Assembly: GCF_000019345.1 (NCBI RefSeq)
Contig: NC_010503.1
Coordinates: forward strand, 90,001-122,000
DNA from: Ureaplasma parvum serovar 3 str. ATCC 27815
GTDB lineage: Bacteria > Bacillota_I > Bacilli_A > Mycoplasmatales > Mycoplasmoidaceae
Reading direction: 5' to 3'
Length of the DNA stretch: 32,000 bases
A program made the translations under genes and the position numbers. Below, piece after piece: positions 22,800-32,000 of the stretch (positions are counted from its first letter, which is position 1; each line of letters opens with the position of its first letter). Below the pieces are notes generated by a model. That model was not told where the DNA came from and searched no databases. It saw only the letters and a list, made by a program, of their open reading frames with translations.

Positions 22800-24587
22800 A
22801 TGAATAAAAAAATAAATTTGAACAGCAGTTTAGCTTATATTGGTTTTTTAACACGCCTTATTATTGTAAAAAAAACAACATATCTTTTACCGATCATAAC
22901 TTTATTAATTACATTAATTATAGGAATTGTTGTCGGCTGTGTTGTTAAGCAAAAAACACAATTTTTGATAATTTCATATGTAATGATCATGTTTAATTTA
23001 TTAATGACAACAATTTTTGCTTCACTAAAAGCATTAAATATTTTTAAGGATTTTAGTGAAGATGGTATTGATATTTTAGTAATTTCTAAACCAATTAGCC
23101 GTAAAAACATTGTTTGATCAAAAATTTTTTTCTTCGTCCTAACAGGTATTGTTTGAAGTCTAGTTAGTTTTTTAGGACTATTAATTTTTTATTTAATTAG
23201 CTTTAATTTTGCTAAAAATGTTAATTATTATTGAATCTTAAGTTATATAAGTCCTTTTATTTGTTATTTAATTTTTGGGTTAATAACAAGCCTTTTAGCT
23301 TTAAAATTAAATGCAAAAATAAGTATTTTAATTCCTTTTGTTAGTTTTATTCCCTTACTTACTATTGGAATTATTGCGAACTTAGTTAGTCAAGTCCAAT
23401 CACAAGCCTTTTTAAGATTATTAAAACAAAAATCAACAAACAATATTGAGGCTTTTTATTTAAATAATAATTTAGATCAATATTATTTAATTAACACAGG
23501 TTTTTTTAATCATAAATTTAATGAAAATCAAAATTTAGAAATTATGAACGCTTATTTAAAAACTAGAAGTTTAGCAACTTTTTGACAAGTAAGTAGTTGA
23601 ATTCTTCCTGTTTATCAATTAGCTGATGTTTTTAATAAAAGTGATTATGAGCCATTTAGTGATTTTATTAAAAATCAAGTAGATCAGATTTTATATGCCA
23701 ATAATTTAGCATCAAAACAATTTAATTATCAGTTAGAAAAAAATAGTAATTCATTAATCAATTTTAGTATTAATAATGATAAAAGTTTTTTAATTCCAAG
23801 TTTGTTAAAAAACGATTCTCAAAATTTAATTAACAATAACTTAAATCAAGAAGTAATTTATGCAATTGACAATTGAAAAGATCAAACGATCGAATATCAA
23901 AAAAACAGTTATACACAATTAAGTAGTGATGATATTGTTGGTTCGCTTAAATGAATGATTATTAAAGAGGTATTAAACGTAAGATCGTTTAATACATATG
24001 CTAATAATTTATTTAAAACACTTGATCAAAAAGCAAATCAAAAACAAATCTTAGATTTAATTTCAAATAGTGTACAAAAATTTGATTTCAATAAATGAAA
24101 CGATGAGAATGCTGATTTATTTAAAAAGGATTTTAATAAATTATTAATTAAATCAAAAACTGAACAACAAATATATTTAGCAGTTAGTTTAATTTATTAT
24201 CTATATTTCAATCCACACTATACGAATTTACTAAAAATTTTATTAGTTGATCATCAAAATAATTTACAATATAAAACACAATTAAAAATAAATTTAAATA
24301 ATAAAAATTATTTAATTGGCGGTTTTAAAAGCTACTTACTTCATCAGATATTGCCTCAAGAAAATGACGATGGCATAGATGAATTAAAAAAAGATAAAAA
24401 GATTCGTTACAGATATAGTTTAGAACAAGGCGGAAATTATTTATTCGATTATGTCCAACAAAATTATAGTTTTAAAAGAAAGCAACAAATTGTTTATAAA
24501 GAAGCTTACTGCGTAATTTGATTAATATTAATTTTTAGTTTATTAATTGGTACATATTATGGCTATAAAAGAAAGGACTATCGTTAA
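22800..24587 (+). CDS. ABC transporter permease (ABC-2-like) with large extracytoplasmic insert
   Basis: The track ORF 22800..23117 continues through about 10 in-frame TGA codons. The whole gene was translated line by line with no TAA/TAG until 24585-24587. It has five N-terminal TM helices, a hydrophilic region of about 330 aa, and a final TM 'VIWLILIFSLLIGTYYGY'. The stop overlaps the ATPase start (TAATG). The protein is 595 aa. Confidence 0.7.
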
Positions 24588-25297
24588 TGAATAATGAATT
24601 TATTTTAGAAGTTAAAAATTTAACAAAAATTTATAAAAAATCAAACCAAGGGGTTTTTGATTTAAGTTTTAATGTAAAACGTGGCGAAATTCATGCATTT
24701 ATTGGTGAAAATGGATCAGGTAAAACAACAACTATTAAATCAATTATTAATGCATACACAAATTACAAAGGATCAATTTTAATTGATGGTTTTGATAATA
24801 AAACCCCAAAAAGTCATGAAAAAATTGGTTATGTGCCAGAAATTGCTTTATTTCCTAGTGAATTAACAACTTTTCAATATTTATATTCATTTGCTCGTTT
24901 ATCAAATTTAAATAAAAAACAAGCTATTGAACGCATTCATAATTTTTTAGAAAAATTTAGAATTAGTGATTTAAAAAATAAAAAACCAATCAATTTTTCA
25001 TCTGGACAAAAAAAGAAAGTGATTTTAATTCAAGCTTTATTACACGATCCAGAGTTAATTATTTTAGATGAACCAACAGCGAACTTAGACCCATCAGCAC
25101 GTCATGAATTCAATAATATCTTAAAAGAATTGCACGAACAAAACAAAACCATTTTTATTTGTTCGCATATTTTAAAAGAAATGGATACTTACGTTGATAG
25201 TTTGACTTTAATTCACAAAGGAAAGCTAGTATATAGTGGTCATAAATATGATGCATTAGAGAAAATCTACTATGACAGTGTTTTAAAAAATAAATAA
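24587..25297 (+). CDS. ABC transporter ATP-binding protein
   Basis: Intact 236-aa ORF. It has the Walker A 'GENGSGKTT', the signature 'FSSGQKKK', the Walker B 'LIILDEPT' and the H-loop 'CSHIL'. Confidence 0.93.
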   Translation: MNNEFILEVKNLTKIYKKSNQGVFDLSFNVKRGEIHAFIGENGSGKTTTIKSIINAYTNYKGSILIDGFDNKTPKSHEKIGYVPEIALFPSELTTFQYLYSFARLSNLNKKQAIERIHNFLEKFRISDLKNKKPINFSSGQKKKVILIQALLHDPELIILDEPTANLDPSARHEFNNILKELHEQNKTIFICSHILKEMDTYVDSLTLIHKGKLVYSGHKYDALEKIYYDSVLKNK

Positions 25298-25418
25298 GAA
25301 TATCTTTCATTCTTTAAAAAAAGAACGAAAATTTTAATTATTTAATATTAATAGATATTTAAATTCTTTATAATTATACGAATACAATTAAATTAATTCA
25401 AATTAAGGAATTAATACT

Positions 25419-28400
25419 ATGTTTAAAAAAAGAAGTTCAAGTCGTAAATGATTTATAATCTGTACTTCATTATCAATAAGTAGTATTGCTGTAGTTTCAT
25501 TAAGTGCATGTGCTAACACAAATAATAAAATAGTAAACGCAGGTTTTATTTATAATGGATCAACAACCAACGACGCAATTACTGGTTTTGATGTAAACGA
25601 TTACATAATTAAAGCGCCAGAAAATGATACTAATTTAAATCAACAAATTTTGAGAAATAATAATTATGAACAAAAACCAATTCTTTGAAATGATTATTTA
25701 AAAGAATATGATAGTGTTAAAAAACAACACGATCAACAAATCAAGAATTTTTATGAATATATTTGAATTAATGAAGCATCAAAATATAAAAATTTAAATA
25801 AAGTTATTGATATTAATGACCCCTATTTTATAAATTGATTTTTAAAATTAACGCCTAATACATTAAAAAATGATCTTTATAATTTTATTAATAATATTCG
25901 TAAAGACAACACTAAACCATCACTTGTTTTTTCATCAAGTGAACCACAAATTAAAGTTTGAAAAGATTTAGGAAATAATCAAAAACAAGTTTTAAATCCC
26001 AATCAAGCCATTTTTGAACCACTAACAGAACAAGATATTAAAAATAATATTAATCTTTTAGAAAAGAATAAGGCGTTAAGAGTTAGCATTAGTTTTTGGT
26101 ATGCTTTAACAAATCAAAGTAGTGCTAATATTTTAATCAATGATCCATTTTATAAAAAACCTTCTGGGATTGCTTCAAATACTAGTGAAAAATATTTTAT
26201 TAGGATTGAAGCATCACCGATCGCTTTAGATTTTAGCCAAACCGATCGATTAGAACGCGATAAATATAGTGCACAAACCACATCAATTAAAAACACATAT
26301 AAAATGCGTTATTATTTTAATAATATTCGTGTTGAAAAACAAGTTACAAAGGTTAAAAACAATGCTAAACGTGGAGACCAAAACGCAGAAGAAAATTTTC
26401 CAAAAGAATTTTATTTCGGTGCTAATAGTAATGAAAAATTTAGCTTTGGTACACACTCATACACATTAAATAATGAAATCACACAAGCTTCATATGAACA
26501 AGATATTTTTAGTTTAGATCATAAAATTAAAAACGAATTAAAAAAATTAAATGAACAACAAATTTTAAAAGATATTGAATATGCATTTACTAGTGGTTAT
26601 GATGTAGCAATTGATTCCATTGGTAGTATTTTTAACATTTTAAAAGGTGTTGCTAATGATTTAAATTTAAAAGAATTGTTTTTACAATCATCACAAGATT
26701 TTAGAAATTTAACTTATAACATTACACAACAGAATAATTTGACTAATTTAATCACTTTAATTACATCAAATCAATCATTAGGGATGGTTATTGATGGTTT
26801 TAAACCAATTTTAAAAGAAATTATTTATAATAATCCAAGTATTGACCAATCAGTTAAAAATACAATTTGATCAAAAATTGATTCAATGGATTTTAAAAAT
26901 AATTTAATTGCTGAAATTGGACAAATTAGAACCTTACTTGATAGTATCTCATTAACTGAAATTAAAACCTATAAACCAATTATTAATAAATTATTAGAAT
27001 TAATTTCTTTAATTGAAGCACGTTCTAAAAAAGACCCTAAAAATTATGGATTTATTGATGGTTTGGACGAACTATTTTCCTTCTTTTTAAATTTAAAACA
27101 AAATGATCTACCAAGTAGTATTAATTTTAAAATTGGTGATCAAAATTATACTTTATATGATTTAATTACTGAAGTTAAAAAAATTGCAAATAACTTAATT
27201 CCGCATGAAAACCAATATGACCCTAAAGACCAACAAATTATCAGTACCAATTATTTTTTAACAAAAATTAAAATTTTAGATTTGATTTCTTTAAACAAAA
27301 ATGACCAACTTGATTATCATAAGGGTGTTGAAATGATTTTTAGTTTATTAAAAAAATTTCAAATAGCAATTCCCGAATTTATTTATAAAATTATTGATGA
27401 ATTACTAATTCAAAATACTAATTGAAATAAAGAAAATATTAAAAAACTTTTAGATGCTATTTTATATCCAAAAATTACATCTAATGATCCTTCAATTAAT
27501 GATTTAAAATCATATTTTAAATATGGGATTAGCAAGCCTGAAATCACAAGTAAAGAACTTGAATATGATCAAAACAATTTATTAATTAAGAAACTAAATA
27601 TTAAATATCGTTATAAAGTTTTAGCTAATGCAGAATTTGATATTAAACCTTTATTTGATTTATTACCACAAAAACCATTAAGTTTTATTGATCTTGGTGG
27701 ATTATGAGAACAAATCAAAAAAGAATTTCCTTATAAAATTGTTTTAGCAAAAAACGATTATGTTGATCATACAATTAGCATTAGTCAACCACAAGAGTTA
27801 ACAACTTTAATTTTTAAAGACCGTAGTGATCATGATAAATATAAAATTGGTTATGTTTTTTATCCAACACACACAGTTCAAACCCATATGCCTAATTCTA
27901 TGAAAGCAATCATTGAAAATATATCATTAAGAAACGATCGTTTATTACCTAATAAATATGTTGCTCAATTATTAAATTGGTTATTTTATAAAAAATGAGT
28001 ATTCATAAATCCACTAGCGATTTATGAAACTTTTGAAGGTGATAAAAAGATTCCTAATGACAAAAATGTTAAATATTTAATCAAAGATAATTTAAACAAG
28101 TATTTAAAAAACTATGATTCAAATACATATTGTGAAGGCTTTGATTTCAAACATTTTTCTAATAATTTAGAAAATAAAGTTGGTAATCAAACAATTCGTA
28201 ACTTAATTTTAGCTAAAATTAAAACTATTAAAACAGATGGTCAAGAATTATATCAAGACGCATTAGGACGAAAAATCATTGCAACTAGTGCTTATGATCA
28301 AATTAATTTAACGCTTCAAGAACTAATTGATTATAAATTGCTTGGATTTGGGAAAAAAGTTGATTTAAAAAAAGATGTTTATTTGAGTGCAGTTGCATTT

Positions 28401-28583
28401 AATTTTGGTTTAAACACTAACGATAGTGATCAAACAAACGTCTTAAATAATAATGATGAAATTAAATACAATCTAAATATTTTAAAAAAAGTAGTTATCA
28501 CATTACACTTTACTAAGCCAATGTTAGATTTAAGTGATCCTAATCGCACTAAATTAGTTAATTCTTATACTTTTGTTGTTTAG
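25419..28583 (+). CDS. large surface lipoprotein (1054 aa), function unknown
   Basis: The ATG at 25419 has an AAGGAA SD. The signal peptide with lipobox is 'MFKKRSSSRKWFIICTSLSISSIAVVSLSAC'. Track ORFs 26304.., 26886.. and 28338..28583 share its frame. I translated all the regions outside those three intact track ORFs line by line and found only TGA interruptions, never TAA/TAG. Confidence 0.8.
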
Positions 28584-28589
28584 TTTTGT

Positions 28590-30187
28590 TCATACATAAA
28601 TTGATTAATATGAATGTTTTTTGGTGTAATTATAAGAGCATCATTAATCGTCATAATTTCTTTAGTCTTAATTCTGCAAACTATTGATAATAAAATTTTG
28701 TATTCAAAATCGTTTGAATCATTGTTATTTTACTTAACTACTTTTTGAATTTTTTTCATCACAATATCTTCTTTTGAAAAATTACTTGGTAATTGAATAT
28801 TTTCTTTTCCAATATAATTTTTATATAAATCTATTAGCATTTGGAAATTAATGATCATTTTCAAAATTTTCTGCCTTAGAAATCGATTTGTTAAAGCTAA
28901 ATTCTATTAAATTTTTTATAAAAGGAATTAAAGCAAATATATAATATTAGTTTTCTTTATCTTTCTTTTTTATACAACAAATTGCGATTCTTTGCAAACA
29001 TCAAATCCCAATGATATTGTTCTATAAAAATCAAAATTATGAGTTAAAACTATTAAATTTGAAATTTTTATTGCATATATATTTTTATAATCAAAAGAAT
29101 CAGCAATATCATTAATCACAATAAGAGTTTTCTTATTATTTTTTCAATTTTTCTTTATTAAATATTACATTTAATAAATATAAAGACCTTTTTTCTCCTT
29201 GACGCAAAAGTATTGTTTTTTTAATTTCGAGCGATTTAAAATTTTTAACACATTATTTTTTTGAATTGAAATTTAATTTTTGGAAAACTTTCTCCAATAA
29301 GGATCATTTTCTATAGCATCTCGTAGTGCTATACTCTTAGAACCTTCTAATGATTTTATTATTTGTTTGTAAGCTGAAATATTTTTAAATTCTGATTCAA
29401 TTTCTTTTATTTTATTTTCAAGTTTTTATACTTTTAATTTCTATATTTTCATTAACAAAAAATTATTAGATTTTAAACTTTTTAATATATTTTTTAATTT
29501 TGAAAGGGAAAAACCCTTAGAAGAAATTTATGATTTTGAAAATAAATATCCTTTATCTTTTTTAAAATTGAAGAATCAAAAATATTTGTCTATTTAACTT
29601 CTGGAATATATGAATTATTTTTATTATTTATTAATGATTTTAATTTTGATAATAATAAATCATCACCCTTATTAAAAAATGAATTTAATTCTTCTTTTAA
29701 TTCACAAACCCTTTTTTCTAATGAAATTTTTCAATTTTTAATTTAGATTTTTCTTCTAAATCTTGTTTTAAATCTTCATGTATTAATAAATCTGAAGCAT
29801 ATTTTGATTCATAATAATTTTCAAAACTGTTTAATTACAAACACTTCATCACTTCTTATTTCGCGACCATCTACAGGTATTTCATACATAGGTGTTACAA
29901 AAATTTGGTCTTTTATTTCGCTCTGTTTATTTTTTTGTTTTTTTGAAAGTATTTGCTAATGAAGTTTTCATTAATCTATTTTTATCATAAATTGTAATTA
30001 TATTTGATCTGGTAAAATAAATGTGTGTTCCATTTTATCTATACCAAAACAATTTTCTAATTTACATTTAATTTTATTTAAATTAATAATCTCATTTCTT
30101 TAAAAATATATGCTAAATTATATAATTAAAATAAGTACTAATTGTAACGCTATTATTGTTTCAAATATTTTTTATTTTAATGTTCAT
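28590..30187 (-). pseudogene. decayed ABC/SMC-like ATPase gene immediately downstream of hsdR
   Basis: The ATG at 30185-30187 follows the hsdR stop directly, but the frame closes at TAG 30113-30115 after 'MNIKIKNIWNNNSVTISTYFNYII'. Recognisable fragments sit in different frames. One is the signature-like '...LLRQGEKRSLYLLNVIFNKEKLKK*' (29136-29240). Another is the Walker-B/H-loop-like 'KKTLIVINDIADSFDYKN...IVLTHNFDFYRT...*' (28970-29134). No Walker A is found. No ORF of at least 60 aa appears in any frame of the track. Confidence 0.55.
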
Positions 30188-32000
30188 TTAACCACGGAAT
30201 TTTTCAAAATATTCGAGTAATTTTTCAGTAGCATTTTCTTTTATTTTAGACCTATTACTATTCTGATTACTTTTTTTAAAAAAAGAGGTAGGAGGCATTA
30301 AATTAACAATATCTACTCCATTTTCATTAAATTCATTATTTTCAAATGCTTTTTTCATAAATTCAAATGTTTTTTTGTTATCTAATTTATTTTCATTAAT
30401 TATTTTTATAAGCTCACTTTCTTTTTTATTTTTAATAAACTTACTCCATTCATTAAAAATATCAATTTCATCCTTATTAGGTAGTTTATTAATTTCATTA
30501 ACAAATTCAATAATTAAATCTTTCTTTTTTCGCGCTTTTAGACTAGATAAAATATCTCTTTCTAGATCGTGATATTTAACTTCTTTTAGATCTTTTTTGA
30601 GCTTTTCATTCATTAACTTAAGAATATAATCAACACCAATATCTTGTTGACTAATTAATTCAATTTTAAAATCAAGATCACTAACAATGCTATCTGTTTC
30701 CATACGTTTTTTATCTTGATATTTATCACGCAACCCGATATATATACTTTGATAATCTTGCATTTCTGTACCAATAAGATCATCGTTTTGTTCAAATTCA
30801 CTAAATTGTGAAAGCAAATTTTTATATTTTAAAATATCACCAAAAAGTTTAATAAAAATTCTTTCCTCTTCTTTTGTTCCATTAAAAGGAATTTTAAAGT
30901 TACTTTTTAATTCTTCTACTAAGTTTCGATAACCTTGTATATATTGATTATCTTCATTATAATATCCTTCATAATATTCTTTAAATGATCTTAAAATAGC
31001 GATCGAAGAATTAATATTGCTCTCTGATGAAAATAATCTTAAAGCTTCATTCACTTCATCTTCTAAATTTATGAAAAAGACAATATTACCATTTGATTTA
31101 ACACCATTAAGAATTCGATTGGTTCGCGACATTGCTTGAATTAAACTATGATATTTTAGTTTTTTGTCCAATCATAATGTATTTAAAGTTGTTGCATCAA
31201 AACCTGTTAAAAACATATTAACAACGATTGCTATATCTAAGCTTCGATCCTTTAATCTCAAGCTAAAGTCTTTATAGTAATTATTAAAATTAGCATTATC
31301 TGTTGAGTATGATGTCCCAAACATTTCATTATAATCTTTAATCGCTTCATCAAGAAAATTACGTGAATCTAAATCAAGTTGATTAGTGTTTTCGTTATTC
31401 TCATCTAATAGTTCAAAATTAGAAAGTTCATTATCATTACTTTCTTGTTCGCTTGGTAAATAACTATAAATTAATCCAATTTTTAATTTTTCTTCTTGAG
31501 GAAATTTTTGTTGTTGTTTTTTAAATTCTGAATAATATATTTTAGCTGCATTAATAGAAGAGCAAGCTAGAATAGAATTAAATCCATTTAGTGTTGTTAA
31601 TACTTTATTTTCGCTTAATTTATTTCTGCTAGTAATAACTTCATTTATATTAGCAATCTTATTATGTTCAAAAAATTCTTCATTTCTTTTGGTTAAACGA
31701 TTATAGTTTTTTAAAATAAAATCAACAATTTCAGAAATACGAATCGGATTTTCCAAAGCTTCTTTTTTATCTATTCCAGTTGATGATGTTTCATCGTCAA
31801 TGTCATCTTTTTCGCTAAGTGTTTTATAATACTCCGTTCTAAAACCTAAAACATTACCATCACGAATAGCTTTATCAATTGTATATTTATGTAAACAAGC
31901 TCCAAAAAGATGCTCTGTTGTAAAGAAAATATTTTTATTTTTGACATTACTATTTTCTTCTAAAATAGGTGTGCCTGTAAACCCAAAAATCATATATTTT
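30188..32000 (-). CDS. hsdR: type I restriction enzyme R subunit (C-terminal ~600 aa; 5' end beyond window)
   Basis: Track ORFs 31172..31993 and 30188..31171 form one frame joined by the TGA at 31172-31174, reading 'TLNTLWLDKKLKYHSLIQAMSRTNR'. It has the helicase motifs 'FGFTGTPI' and 'QAMSRTNR', followed by a long helical C-terminal region. The frame stays open to the window edge. Confidence 0.9.

Overview
This is an AT-rich chromosomal segment of a Mollicutes (Mycoplasma-type) genome that reads TGA as Trp (translation table 4). Most conserved genes only become full length when the ORF-track fragments are joined across in-frame TGA codons.

Gene order:
- Minus strand: whiA, trxB, lgt, hprK, tilS, pth.
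- Plus strand: dnaN, yaaA-like S4 gene, gyrB, gyrA, cinA-C/pncC-like gene, recA, rny.
- Minus strand: a small membrane ORF and a disrupted deoxynucleoside kinase.
- Plus strand: dnaX, ybaB, recR, then a roughly 2.7 kb non-housekeeping insert, then ffh, an ABC-2-like permease with its ATPase, and a 1054-aa lipoprotein.
- Minus strand: a heavily decayed ABC/SMC-like ATPase pseudogene directly downstream of a type I restriction hsdR that runs off the window end.

I found no rRNA, tRNA, CRISPR array, transposase or integrase.

The most interesting region is 18540-21240. It holds an 80-aa protein built from SFPD-x-KV repeats, a terminator-like hairpin, a 567-aa DUF262/DUF1524 (GmrSD-type) nuclease, and a 0.6 kb non-coding tail. 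The nuclease gene uses only TGG for Trp, unlike its neighbours. The tail carries a perfect Shine-Dalgarno (SD) sequence followed by a micro-ORF. I read this as a horizontally acquired candidate defence module whose small partner protein is uncharacterised.

Secondary observations are a compensating pair of 1-nt indels in the kinase gene, non-canonical Gln/Gln at the two key quinolone-resistance (QRDR) positions of GyrA, and the decaying ATPase next to hsdR.

All coordinates include stop codons. All translations were done by hand from the sequence.
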